Shown here: in pieces, positions 39,210 to 49,180 of the stretch | Layout of the letters: every line of letters begins with the position of its first letter | Position numbering within the stretch: the stretch's first letter is position 1 | Assembly: GCA_019057475.1 (NCBI GenBank) | Contig: DXJO01000028.1 | Coordinates: 1 to 64,000, forward strand | Direction of reading: 5' to 3' | Length of the DNA: 64,000 nucleotides | DNA from: Candidatus Thorarchaeota archaeon | Lineage (GTDB): Archaea > Asgardarchaeota > Thorarchaeia > Thorarchaeales > Thorarchaeaceae | Program-made: the position numbers and the translations under genes | Notes under the pieces: generated by a model | What the model was told of the DNA's origin: nothing | Databases searched by the model: none | The model's input: only the letters and a program-made list of their open reading frames with translations

Positions 39210-42200
39210 ATGCCTAAGAAGAAAAAGACTGAAGATCGCATTGGTGTATTTGTTTGTAGCTGCGGGACAAACATTGGTGGAGTTATTGATGTCGATAAAC
39301 TTGCCAAAGAGTTCGAGGACTATCCAGGCGTTGCGTTATCGGCCTGGAACATGTTCACGTGCTCAAAAGAGGGGCAGGTCCGAATTGCAGAAACCATCGA
39401 GGAACAGAACCTTACAGGCGTTGTAGTAGCATCGTGCACGCCGAAGCTTCACGAGGAACTATTCAGGGACATCTTGGAAGAGAAGGGTCTCAATAGGTTT
39501 AGACTAGCACAGGCGAACCTCAGAGAGCACAACACATGGGTTCATGATGACGAACCCGAGAAAGCCTACGAAATAGCTTATGACCTGATTTCAGGAGCAA
39601 TCGAGAGAGCCAAGCTGCTAGAGGACATAGGATTCGAGGAGTATCCAGTTGAAACGAGCGTGCTTGTTGTTGGTGCTGGCGTTTCCGGAATTCAAACAGC
39701 ATTGGATCTCGCTGACAAGGACATCAAAGTTCATCTAATCGAGCGCAATGTTGCTATCGGCGGCTATATGCCCAAGTTGGAGAAGACATTCCCCACCCTC
39801 GATTGTTCCATGTGCATCCTTTCACCAAAACTGAGCGCTGTTGACAGGAGCAAGAATATCGACATACACACATGCACTGAAATCATCGACGTGGAGCGGG
39901 ACTATGGCAACTTCAAAGTCAAACTGCGAACGCGTCCTCGTTACATAGACCTTGAGAAATGCAATGCCTGTGGAGATTGCGTGGAGGTCTGTCCAGTACT
40001 TACCCCCAATGATCATGACCTTGGCATGTCATTGCGAAAAGCAACGTACAAGCCGTATCCCCAAGCAGTCCCCGGTGCCTTCGCAATCGAAAAGCTGGGG
40101 CACGCCGCGTGCAAGATATCCTGTCCTGCACATGTGAGTTGTCAAGCATTTATCACGCTTACACGTGAAGGCACGTACGATAAGGCTCTCAGTCTCGTGA
40201 GAGAAGCAATACCGTTCCCCGGCTCGTTGGGACGTGTATGTCCAGCTTTCTGTGAAGACCAGTGCGAGAGAGGAACACACGACAAGAGCGTGAGCATCAG
40301 AAACGTTCACCGATTCCTCCACGATTATGAGCTTGAAACCGGACCTGTTGAGTCTGTTGAACCAGCAATAGACAAGGAGGAGCAAGTAGCGGTAGTCGGT
40401 GGTGGACCCGCAGGGATTGCATGTGCTCTATACCTTGCCAGACTTGGATATCCAGTGACGGTCTTCGAAGAAAAGAAGGAGGCGGGTGGCTTGCTCAGAT
40501 GGGGCATTCCTGAACATCGTCTACCTCGGGATATCCTCCGATCAGAAATTGCTTTCGTAGAACAGCACGGAGTCAAGATTGTTACCGGAACTCGGGTTGA
40601 TTCCATTGAACAGTTGAAGAAGCAGGGTTACAAAGCTGTGTTCCTCGGAACTGGTGCGCCTGTAAGTTCACAACTGAGACTGACTGGTGAAAACGCGAAA
40701 GGCGTTCATCACGCACTCGACTTCCTTTATCGCGTTAATAGTGGTAAGAAGGTCCAGCTTGGAAAGCATGTCGCCATCATAGGAGGTGGCAACTCTGCGG
40801 TTGACTCGGCAAGGGTCGCTTTGCGCCTTGGAGCGGACACAGTGACAATTGTCTATCGAAGGTCAAGGACAGAGATGCCGGCCATCCAGAGCGAGATAGA
40901 TGATGCAGTGAAAGAGGGCGTGAAACTCAAACTGCTTACTAACCCCGTTGAGGTCTTAGTGTCCAATGGTGCAGTATTCGGCTTGAAGTGCATCAAGATG
41001 AAGCTGGGAGAACCCGACGATTCAGGAAGAAGGCGTCCCATTCCAATCCCCGGTTCAGAGTTTGATATTGAGGTTGACGACATGATCGTCGCCATTGGCC
41101 AGAAGGTGGGGCCTGACGGTATACACTCCGGGCTCGAATTGACACGTTGGGGTACTGTCGATGTGGATCCTCTCACAATGCAGACAAGCATGGATGACGT
41201 GTTTGCGGGTGGGGACCTTGTGACTGGTCCAGCTCTCGCCGTGGAGGCGGTTGGTGCGGGGAATGAAGCGGCGGAGTCAATTCATAGGTACCTCCGCAGT
41301 CTTGACCTTCGTGAAGGCAGGCCATTTGTCCTGCCTCAAGCGCCCCCGCCAGATGTTGCTCCTGATGCACTCCCTGGTGGTTCACGAGCCAGGATGAAGA
41401 AATTGTCTGCAAAGAAGAGAGCAACCAATTTTGACGAAGTGGAGCTTGGTTTCACTGAGAAAATTGCAGTCAAGGAATCTGAGCGTTGTCTTGGTTGTGC
41501 AATCTGTTGCGAGTGCAAGCTATGCGTCGAGGCTTGTCAAAAGGATGCCATCGACCATTACATGAAGGAAGAGGTGTTTGAACTGACTGTTGGCGCGATA
41601 GTTGCTGCCACAGGGTTCCAAGAGATAAGTATGGAAGAGCTGCCAGAATACGGTGGCGGGAAGTTCCAAAGGGTAATTACAGCTGGTCAGTACGGTCGGC
41701 TGTTGAGCCTTGTCGGTCCGACGGCCGGGAAGATAATGATCCCTCCCGACTATACTGAAACGCCAAAGCGCATTGCTTACATTAACTGCGCAGGGTCTCG
41801 TGACGAGGGTTGCAGACCATGGTGCTGCAACTTTGGATGCATGTACACACTTAGGCACGCAGAGATGACCAACCGTGAATATGGCGACTCGATGGAGCAA
41901 TGGATAATCTATCATGAGCTCCGTGCAGGAGGAAAGGAGTACGAGCAATTTTACAGGAGAGTAAGAGAGCACGGTATTCGTTTTGTGCGAGGCTTCCCCA
42001 GCGATTTCACTGAGGAAAAGGACGGTACAATTAGCTTCTCAATCTTCGACCAAGGATCGGGCCAGCTCCTTCGGTTGAACTTTGATCTCGTTGTGCTCAC
42101 AATGGCGGTTGATCCGTCGGAGGGAACTGCAGAACTTGCACACATACTGGGAGTTGACAGAAGCGAAGGTGGCTTCATGAAGGAGCTACATCCGAAACTC

Positions 42201-42614
42201 GAGCCAGTGAACACAAAGGCTCGCGGAGTGTACATTGCAGGCACGTGTCAAAGTCCGAAGGATATCCCGTCTTGCGTTTCGGATGCAAAGGCTGCAGCAA
42301 GCGCAGCAGCATCACATGTGCTCAAGGGCATAGTAAGAGTGCAGATGGACAAGGCGATGATCGATGAGGACATCTGTATTGGGTGCGGGCTCTGTGAGAA
42401 GGTATGTCCGTTCGATGCTATCACAATGAAGGATCGAGATGAAGGGCCACAGCTTGCAGAGGTCAACTCGCTTCTATGCACAGGTTGTGGTAAGTGTCAG
42501 GTGGTCTGCCCCACTGGAGCAGCAAAGCGCAAGCATTACACGACTGAGCAAATCGAAGCAGAGGTTCTTGGTCTGATAGCGTCTCACAGGAGGCAGCAGG
42601 CAGCGCGACACTAG
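39210..42614 (+). CDS. hdrL: HdrL-type protein: HdrA with an inserted GltD-like NAD(P)H oxidoreductase module
   Basis: HdrA N-terminus (VFVCSCGTNI, FPTLDCSMC); insert with LGRVCPAFCEDQC, GGGPAG, GGGNSA, YRR, GGD; HdrA C-terminus (CAGSR, HPKLEP) and ferredoxin. Confidence 0.9.
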   Translation: MPKKKKTEDRIGVFVCSCGTNIGGVIDVDKLAKEFEDYPGVALSAWNMFTCSKEGQVRIAETIEEQNLTGVVVASCTPKLHEELFRDILEEKGLNRFRLAQANLREHNTWVHDDEPEKAYEIAYDLISGAIERAKLLEDIGFEEYPVETSVLVVGAGVSGIQTALDLADKDIKVHLIERNVAIGGYMPKLEKTFPTLDCSMCILSPKLSAVDRSKNIDIHTCTEIIDVERDYGNFKVKLRTRPRYIDLEKCNACGDCVEVCPVLTPNDHDLGMSLRKATYKPYPQAVPGAFAIEKLGHAACKISCPAHVSCQAFITLTREGTYDKALSLVREAIPFPGSLGRVCPAFCEDQCERGTHDKSVSIRNVHRFLHDYELETGPVESVEPAIDKEEQVAVVGGGPAGIACALYLARLGYPVTVFEEKKEAGGLLRWGIPEHRLPRDILRSEIAFVEQHGVKIVTGTRVDSIEQLKKQGYKAVFLGTGAPVSSQLRLTGENAKGVHHALDFLYRVNSGKKVQLGKHVAIIGGGNSAVDSARVALRLGADTVTIVYRRSRTEMPAIQSEIDDAVKEGVKLKLLTNPVEVLVSNGAVFGLKCIKMKLGEPDDSGRRRPIPIPGSEFDIEVDDMIVAIGQKVGPDGIHSGLELTRWGTVDVDPLTMQTSMDDVFAGGDLVTGPALAVEAVGAGNEAAESIHRYLRSLDLREGRPFVLPQAPPPDVAPDALPGGSRARMKKLSAKKRATNFDEVELGFTEKIAVKESERCLGCAICCECKLCVEACQKDAIDHYMKEEVFELTVGAIVAATGFQEISMEELPEYGGGKFQRVITAGQYGRLLSLVGPTAGKIMIPPDYTETPKRIAYINCAGSRDEGCRPWCCNFGCMYTLRHAEMTNREYGDSMEQWIIYHELRAGGKEYEQFYRRVREHGIRFVRGFPSDFTEEKDGTISFSIFDQGSGQLLRLNFDLVVLTMAVDPSEGTAELAHILGVDRSEGGFMKELHPKLEPVNTKARGVYIAGTCQSPKDIPSCVSDAKAAASAAASHVLKGIVRVQMDKAMIDEDICIGCGLCEKVCPFDAITMKDRDEGPQLAEVNSLLCTGCGKCQVVCPTGAAKRKHYTTEQIEAEVLGLIASHRRQQAARH

Positions 42615-42731
42615 CATTCCGCTGGATGCACTTTGGTCCGTATTCGCATGGGACACGCTAAATGCCGCTATACTTAAGGTACCCTTGGTCTAATGAAACA
42701 CATCATAATCCTCCTTTGATAAAATCCCAAA

Positions 42732-43148
42732 GTGAGCCAGACGATGACCATTAGAATCCTCCTAGTAGACGATGAGCCATCACTTGCCGGTGTCATGGAA
42801 CTATATTTGAGAAAATTCATTGAGGATTTCGAGATAATCCCCTCTCTTAATGGGAGGGACGCAGTTGAGAAGGTCAAAGAGCTACTGGAATTGGGGACTC
42901 CTCCGGACTTGACTCTGATGGACTTGCGCATGCCTGCTATGGACGGTATTGAGTGCACAAAGGTCCTAGCTGAAATGGGCTTGCGTAACATACACATCCT
43001 CTCAGCCTATGTGGATGCTGAACTCCTAACAGAAGCTCAGTCCGCGGGCGCCAAGGGGGTCTTGAAGAAAAGCGAAGGCTTCAAGGCGAATGCCATCAAG
43101 GTTGCTGAGATGGTCCGTGTAATTCGGAAACCAAACCCAGCTGCGTGA
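42732..43148 (+). CDS. Stand-alone response-regulator receiver protein
   Basis: ILLVDDE, MDLRMPAMDG, ILSA, GAKGVLKK. Confidence 0.9.
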   Translation: MSQTMTIRILLVDDEPSLAGVMELYLRKFIEDFEIIPSLNGRDAVEKVKELLELGTPPDLTLMDLRMPAMDGIECTKVLAEMGLRNIHILSAYVDAELLTEAQSAGAKGVLKKSEGFKANAIKVAEMVRVIRKPNPAA

Positions 43149-43213
43149 CACACAAAACCCTTTTCTGATGCGATTGCAAATCTTGCTGCTAATTGCAAGG
43201 TGATGATTAGGCA

Positions 43214-44896
43214 ATGACACGTTCACGTACAAGGGTTCTCTTACTAGGAATGGCATTGGCATTAATTTTGCTCTTCATGGTTTCCACCACGAGAGTAAGG
43301 GCTCAGGGATATGACGACACTTGGATTGGAGATACCAAGCTTCACATCCTAGTTAGGATTAATGGTGCGCCCTTGGCTGACGCGAAGGATTCGGCAAGTG
43401 CTATCGGCATTGATCTCAAAACCCCAATAGAGATTTACTTCGACACAAACGTAACCAATGACAAAGACCTGAATGTGACAGCATCACTGGTGTTCCACTA
43501 CCAAGGTTATCCGCTGTTTTCTGTTGATGTGGTCAATGAAGCGACTGGATTACCCTGGATTATTGCCCCGCATGACGCGGACATCGATCCGGTCACGTCG
43601 ATTCTCGACCTCAGCAATCTGACTCTAGGTCCTATCAGCCTCTTCACCGCCGTTATCGAAGTGCAATTCCTTTTTGAATACACAGAGATGCCCCTACAGG
43701 ATACGGTGAGCAGAGTTCGGAAACTTTTCTATCTCAAGACGCCCACTGATCCTACATCCATATTGACATCGGCTACAGGAATCCTTGGCGTTGTGGCGAC
43801 GGGAACAACAGCTTTTGCCCTTGTATCGAACTTCAACATGCTACTCGATGCCGTGAGAACTTCACACAAGCTTAGGAGTATTCAGAAGAAGGCTTCTGAA
43901 CTGAGGTCTCTGCCTAACCTTGCCGTGCTGGGTGCATTACCCGCATTGTTCGCTCTCGTATCAGGGATGTCCAAAGGTGTCAAGAGAAAAGAGCGCAAGG
44001 ATGGAGCAGAAGCACCATCCGAGAGCAGTGTCAGCGAGTACATGGTACGCCAGCGAATCCGTGAAACTGCCGGCGGTGCATGGCTTATGGACAAATGTCC
44101 AAAATGTAAGCGAAAGTGGAACAAGAAGACGAACGAATGCAAGAAGTGCGGTTTTGACTTGGAAGATGGTCAAAGAGCCTATGCGGACCTGCTAACATCC
44201 AAGGTGACTCCTGCCCTTCGCTTGCTCAACAAGAAGAAGAATGTATCAATTAAGCAGCTTGCAAAGAAGACAAAGTCCAATAACTACAATGCGGGTGTTC
44301 TTGGAGCTGCTCTCGTGGATTCAGAGCTGAGTGAGATAACCAAGGTGTCGACTCCATTCAAGAGCTTCGTTATGAACATCGCAGGTCTCGCTTTTCTTAT
44401 AATAACTTGGGATCAGCTTCTAGGAGGTAGCACTAGCAGTTTCGAGGACACCTTGACAATCATTGGAGCTACGCTCTCTCTCGGAGTGATAGTTGCGCTT
44501 TACTTCACTCGCAAGTCACAGATTAAGAAATTCAGGACTGATGCCAATGGAATTACTCTTGAAACGCCACCCCCAGAGGAAGATGTAGCTACAGACGAAC
44601 CAGATGAGTTCGTAGATGAGGAACCATCTGCTGAGTCTGATGAAATCGAATCTCCTGAAGAGCCTGTGGAAGAGGAAGAGCCTGCTGAAGAAGAATTGGA
44701 TGCCGAACCCGATGAGGCTGAAGATTCAGAAGAGTCTGTGGAAGAGCCTGTAGAAACAGACGAAGCAGAGCTCTCCTCTGAGAAGGCAGTCGAGGACAAA
44801 GATTCCGTTGAACTCGATGAGCCAAAGGCAGACTCAAACGAAGAAGAGGGGTTTGACCAGCTGACTCCGGAAGAGTTGGACAAGGAACGTATGTAG
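43214..44896 (+). CDS. Membrane protein with extracellular domain, double-CxxC Zn ribbon, wHTH-like segment and acidic tail
   Basis: Signal peptide, several hydrophobic helices, CPKC...CKKC, ~110-aa Asp/Glu-rich tail. Confidence 0.8.
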   Translation: MTRSRTRVLLLGMALALILLFMVSTTRVRAQGYDDTWIGDTKLHILVRINGAPLADAKDSASAIGIDLKTPIEIYFDTNVTNDKDLNVTASLVFHYQGYPLFSVDVVNEATGLPWIIAPHDADIDPVTSILDLSNLTLGPISLFTAVIEVQFLFEYTEMPLQDTVSRVRKLFYLKTPTDPTSILTSATGILGVVATGTTAFALVSNFNMLLDAVRTSHKLRSIQKKASELRSLPNLAVLGALPALFALVSGMSKGVKRKERKDGAEAPSESSVSEYMVRQRIRETAGGAWLMDKCPKCKRKWNKKTNECKKCGFDLEDGQRAYADLLTSKVTPALRLLNKKKNVSIKQLAKKTKSNNYNAGVLGAALVDSELSEITKVSTPFKSFVMNIAGLAFLIITWDQLLGGSTSSFEDTLTIIGATLSLGVIVALYFTRKSQIKKFRTDANGITLETPPPEEDVATDEPDEFVDEEPSAESDEIESPEEPVEEEEPAEEELDAEPDEAEDSEESVEEPVETDEAELSSEKAVEDKDSVELDEPKADSNEEEGFDQLTPEELDKERM

Positions 44897-45027
44897 TCCA
44901 GAGGGACGATAAGTTCCTCTGTTCTCCTTGGCCAGTTGATTCAACATGTAGATTCCCAAAGATTGAAGTTCAGGCATTTGCCGAGCAGGGCTCACTACTG
45001 CTCCAACTAATCTCGGAGTGTTAAGCA

Positions 45028-46389
45028 ATGGTTGACCAAATCGCAATTATTGGATGTGGTGCCGCTGGCGCAACTGTCGCAATGCAGGCAAGGAAGTTCA
45101 ATCGAAAAGTAGGAATCTCGATTATTAACAAGGAACCGTACTCTCAGTATTCCCGATGTGGCCTTCCTTACACGATTTCTGGAAAGGTAAAGACATTTGA
45201 CGATCTTATCCTCATGCCGGTTGACAGCTGGTCCGGACTCAGGATTGACGCCAAGTTTGGCACAACAGTTACAAAGATTGACCACAAAGCCAAGACATTG
45301 TTCTACGAGGGCCCAGAGGGTTTGGGGAGCTGTGAATATGATGCTCTGATCTTCGCAACTGGTGCACGCAACGCTGACCCTCCGATAAAGGGTCTCGACA
45401 AGAAGCGCGTGTACGGCCTGAGAACTCTGGACGACGCCAAAGCCCTTGCCGCAGAAGTTGGCAAAACAAAGAATGCCGTCATCATTGGCGGTGGCCTTGT
45501 AGGTATGGAGGCTGCGGAAGCATTCCATGAGAAAGGCGTGAACGTGACCGTCGTTGAATTCCTACCCAACATCCTTCTGGCGATGGTTGACCCCGATATG
45601 GCAAGTATCGTAGAGGACCACTGCAAAGAGCACGGTCTGGAGATACTCACCAATACTGCCGCCCAAGAGATTACTGGTGATGAAACGCCCCGCACTGTAT
45701 TAGTTCAAAATAGAGAAACTCAGGAAATAAAGGAGATACCTGCCGACATAGTCGTTGTATCGACTGGTGTGAGAGCTGTCACCGATCTTGCAGCATCAAT
45801 CGGTGCGGAGATTGGCACGACAAGGGGCATCAAGACCAACGAGCGAATGATGACGAACTTGAAGGACGTCTACGCCGTCGGCGACTGTTCCGAGAATGTT
45901 GGATTCATGACGAGAAAACCCGTTCCCGGTGGTCTCGGAACTGTTGCAGTGAGACAGGCACGTGTTGCAGGAATCAATGCTGCAGGTGGTGACGTGAAGT
46001 TCCCTGGAATTGTTGGAGCTAAGGTCACCAAACTGTTTGGGCTTGAAGTTGCTAGCACAGGCTTCATTGAATACACTGCTAAAATCTTCGAAGTAGAAAT
46101 CGTCAAGGGTTCTGTTAAAGGGAGCACCAAGCCCCATTACTATGCTGGTGGGAAAGATATCAAGGTCAAGACGTTCTATGAGAAGGGCACAGGGAAGCTC
46201 GTGGGCGGCCAGATTGTGGGTCTCGAAGACGCTGCGATGAGAATCAATGTGATTACGCTCGGAATTCAGCACAAGATAACTGCGGCTGACCTATTTAACA
46301 TGGAGAATTGCTACGCCCCTGCGATTTGCGACACATGGGATCCGCTGGTCACATCTGCAGAAGCGGCTCGACGCAGACTGAAGATCTGA
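45028..46389 (+). CDS. NADH oxidase / CoA-disulfide reductase family flavoprotein
   Basis: GCGAAG, YSRCGLPY (redox Cys), ATGA, GGGLVGME, YAVGDC, YAP. Confidence 0.92.
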   Translation: MVDQIAIIGCGAAGATVAMQARKFNRKVGISIINKEPYSQYSRCGLPYTISGKVKTFDDLILMPVDSWSGLRIDAKFGTTVTKIDHKAKTLFYEGPEGLGSCEYDALIFATGARNADPPIKGLDKKRVYGLRTLDDAKALAAEVGKTKNAVIIGGGLVGMEAAEAFHEKGVNVTVVEFLPNILLAMVDPDMASIVEDHCKEHGLEILTNTAAQEITGDETPRTVLVQNRETQEIKEIPADIVVVSTGVRAVTDLAASIGAEIGTTRGIKTNERMMTNLKDVYAVGDCSENVGFMTRKPVPGGLGTVAVRQARVAGINAAGGDVKFPGIVGAKVTKLFGLEVASTGFIEYTAKIFEVEIVKGSVKGSTKPHYYAGGKDIKVKTFYEKGTGKLVGGQIVGLEDAAMRINVITLGIQHKITAADLFNMENCYAPAICDTWDPLVTSAEAARRRLKI

Positions 46390-46443
46390 ATTCCCCCATC
46401 ATCCACAATCTCAAGCAGTGCTCCAAGGTAGTTCGCCCTTGGC

Positions 46444-46932
46444 TCATTCATAGGTGATTGTCTTGATGTTGTCAAGCGCGTATTGAAATGACGAAACCTG
46501 CGTGGGTGAGCTTGCCACAAGGGCTATTCTCTCCACGCTTTCCGCGTTCTTGGCATGGGCATGAACCGCCTTCACAATCTCCTCGGCGGTTTCCCACGTG
46601 GGAATTCTTCCGACTTCTAGTCCCATTGTGAAGAATCCGACTTCCTTGACCTCAAGACCCTCTGCTGTCCGTAGAGCTTTGCTAGTCGCGTCATAGATTA
46701 TTGCCCGTCGACCCGAATCGGTCATTGAAACGCTCGGCCAGTGCTCCACATTCTCAGATGATGTGGCCTCTTGGATTGTTATCCCAAAGCTCCCAAGGTG
46801 GCCGCTTGCACTTCCTGTGTTCGTGCCCACCTGAATGTTCTTTGCCTTGACGACTAAACCAAGGTCTGTGTCATCCGCGCGGCCAAGCGAAATGGATACA
46901 GAGATGTTGCCAATCATCCATTCCTCTTTCAC
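46444..46932 (-). CDS. Degenerate macro-domain-like protein
   Basis: Strand/helix order parallels the upstream macro domain (ISISLG...ATSKALRTAE...VGFFTMG...EIVKAV) but lacks NAAN and GGGV; GTGA overlap with the upstream stop. Confidence 0.55.
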   Translation of the reverse strand: MKEEWMIGNISVSISLGRADDTDLGLVVKAKNIQVGTNTGSASGHLGSFGITIQEATSSENVEHWPSVSMTDSGRRAIIYDATSKALRTAEGLEVKEVGFFTMGLEVGRIPTWETAEEIVKAVHAHAKNAESVERIALVASSPTQVSSFQYALDNIKTITYE

Positions 46933-47471
46933 ATCCCTGCCCCCGTGATCTTTAGTGCCCCCTCAAATGCGCCGTTCACTTCAGGACCTAACGATGCAAG
47001 AATCACTTCCTTGAGGGAACTGGCGCTGGTTGAATGGTCCTCGATCGCCTCAACAACAGCCTTCGCGGATTGTTCTTTGGAGAGTCCCCCGACACCTGCT
47101 CCGATTGCTGGAAATGCAATCGATGTCAATTCATTCTCAGTTGCCAGTCTAAGCGCTTCTCGAACAGATGACTTGACGCTGTCATATGTGGCGGGTTTTC
47201 CTGGTGACATTCCTGCGCAATGAACTACATGTTTTGCGGAGAGCGCTCCTGCACTGGTGATGACTGCCTCGCCCGGCTTAATGGGTCCTTGAGCCATCGC
47301 TTCTTGCTCTATGATGTCTCCTCCTTTTCTCTTGATGGCACCAGCAACACCAGAACCCATCCATAGATCCGAGTTGGCGGCGTTGACAACTGCATCAACA
47401 CTTAACGCAGTGATGTTCCCGATGTGCGTTCGGACCAATATGCCTCCCATTTTCTTTTCCACAAATGCCAC
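46929..47471 (-). CDS. Macro domain protein (ADP-ribose-binding/hydrolase, AF1521/YmdB-like)
   Basis: GNIT, VNAAN, MGSGVAGAI, VVHCA, FPAIGAGVGG; start GTG 47471 or ATG 47450. Confidence 0.93.
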   Translation of the reverse strand: MAFVEKKMGGILVRTHIGNITALSVDAVVNAANSDLWMGSGVAGAIKRKGGDIIEQEAMAQGPIKPGEAVITSAGALSAKHVVHCAGMSPGKPATYDSVKSSVREALRLATENELTSIAFPAIGAGVGGLSKEQSAKAVVEAIEDHSTSASSLKEVILASLGPEVNGAFEGALKITGAGM

Positions 47472-47563
47472 TTCCTCGCTTGGACGCATTGAATATATGG
47501 CGCGAACACGTAAAAGTATGTCGAGGTACACAACCCTTTTCTCTGCATCAGAATGCGTTCCTA

Positions 47564-48151
47564 GTGGCGAGTCAACTGAACGACATAGATCCTGCCGAAC
47601 TCGAGTCCATTATCAACGAATATGGAGCACCCAGACGCCTCCATTTTAAGGCTAATTTCGTTGAGTTCGAATGTGAGCTTGTAAGGCGAAGTGCTTCCAA
47701 GAATCGATACCATGACATAACGTGTTTCATACCCTATGATGGGGGCTATGTTGGAATACAGAAACCAGGCTATGCCGGGTCAGGAATCTTCAGAGCCCCC
47801 TCAGGAGGTGCCAATCTTGGAGAGTCCTTACGGAAGGCGGCTGTACGTGAGATGCACGAGGAAACCGGTCTCGATATACAGCTCATCAGATTCGTCCTGG
47901 ACCTTACCCTAGATGTAGTGTGCAGTGATGGAGTCATACCATGGAGGTCGTTGGTTTTCTTAGTTGAGGCAACTGGCGGTGAGATGAAACCCATTGACAC
48001 CCACGAGATTTTTGACATCAGAGTCGTTACTCGTGAGGAGATGCTGGGCGAAATAACTCGTTTCATGGAAGAGTCTGGTTGGGGTGGCTTCAAGTACCGA
48101 GCATTTCTCACCAAATCGTTCTTCGAGAGAATAGACGAGCTTGGTTTCTGA
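47564..48151 (+). CDS. Nudix hydrolase
   Basis: Nudix box GGANLGESLRKAAVREMHEETGL; start likely GTG 47564. Confidence 0.9.
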   Translation: MASQLNDIDPAELESIINEYGAPRRLHFKANFVEFECELVRRSASKNRYHDITCFIPYDGGYVGIQKPGYAGSGIFRAPSGGANLGESLRKAAVREMHEETGLDIQLIRFVLDLTLDVVCSDGVIPWRSLVFLVEATGGEMKPIDTHEIFDIRVVTREEMLGEITRFMEESGWGGFKYRAFLTKSFFERIDELGF

Positions 48152-48217
48152 TGTGTTTGATCCCGTATTGCAGAGAATAGGACGGTCGGCTGCAGCGGTA
48201 CTGCAGCCTACTCAGCT

Positions 48218-49180
48218 CTATGGAGTCATTGTAATGTTGAGCCTTTTTACCAGCTCTTTGTACCTATTCCTGACAGTCACTTCAGTGACTCCCGCAGCCA
48301 TTGCGATATCGCGCTGGGTGACTCTGCTGTCTTCTAGGATAGATGCGATATAGATAGCGGCAGCTGCAAGTCCTCTGGGGTCTCTCCCAGTAATGAGGCT
48401 TCTCTGCTTCTTTGCATCTTCAAGGATTTCCAAGACCCTGCGTTGAACTTTGCCTGGAAGGCCTAATTGCGTGATGAATCTTGGAACATAGTTAGCAGGC
48501 TCTGAAACAGGCATTCTTAATCCAAGCTTTTCAACAAGAAGCCTGTAGTGTTGCCCAATCTTCTTCTTGGACACGCGTGAGTGCCTTGATATTTCTTCGA
48601 GCGACCTTGGAGCGGTTCTTAGTCTGCATGCGGCATAGATTGCTGCTCCGACCATGGCGTCGATTGATCTACTGCGTGCGAGCCTTCGAATGATGAGCTT
48701 TCTGTACAAGAGCGCAGCAAGCTCTTTGATGCTCCTTGTAAGTCCAAGTTGTGAAGCCAGTCTATCAAGCTCGCTCATGGCTTGTGCTAGATTTCTATCC
48801 ACAGAGCTGTGAACCCGTGTCCGAATCTGCCACTTACGAAGCCTGTAGATTTCAGATCTCTTCTTAGCTGTGAATCGCTTGCCCTGTGAGTCATGGTCTC
48901 GCCAATCAATCATGGTTGAGAGACCCTTATCATGGATAGCATAGTTCGTTGGTGCTCCAGTCCTCGAACGTGCATTCTTCTCATCAGCTGTGAAAGCTCT
49001 CCACTCTGGGCCTGTGTCTATTCTGTGATCACTGATCACAAGACCGCACGCGGCGCAGATCCTCTCCCCTTTCTCAAGGTCCTGTACGACCTCAGTCCCT
49101 CCGCACTCTGAACATGTGAAGCCGGATTTACTGCGTGCGCGCTCCCCACGTTTCTCTGTGCGGTTCATATTTGATGCCAT
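48218..49180 (-). CDS. tfb: Transcription initiation factor IIB
   Basis: CSECG...CAACG Zn ribbon, IDTGPEWRAF, HDKGLST, two cyclin repeats, VTEVTVRNRY. Confidence 0.98.
   Translation of the reverse strand: MASNMNRTEKRGERARSKSGFTCSECGGTEVVQDLEKGERICAACGLVISDHRIDTGPEWRAFTADEKNARSRTGAPTNYAIHDKGLSTMIDWRDHDSQGKRFTAKKRSEIYRLRKWQIRTRVHSSVDRNLAQAMSELDRLASQLGLTRSIKELAALLYRKLIIRRLARSRSIDAMVGAAIYAACRLRTAPRSLEEISRHSRVSKKKIGQHYRLLVEKLGLRMPVSEPANYVPRFITQLGLPGKVQRRVLEILEDAKKQRSLITGRDPRGLAAAAIYIASILEDSRVTQRDIAMAAGVTEVTVRNRYKELVKRLNITMTP

Noticed and set aside
33648-42614. Selenocysteine recoding in hdrA/mvhD
   Set aside because: ORFs are uninterrupted with Cys at motif positions; no SECIS-like structure seen after hdrL.
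33648-42614. Evidence for methanogenesis or sulfate reduction
   Set aside because: No mcr, mtr, apr, sat or dsr in the window; Hdr-like proteins are common in fermentative anaerobes.
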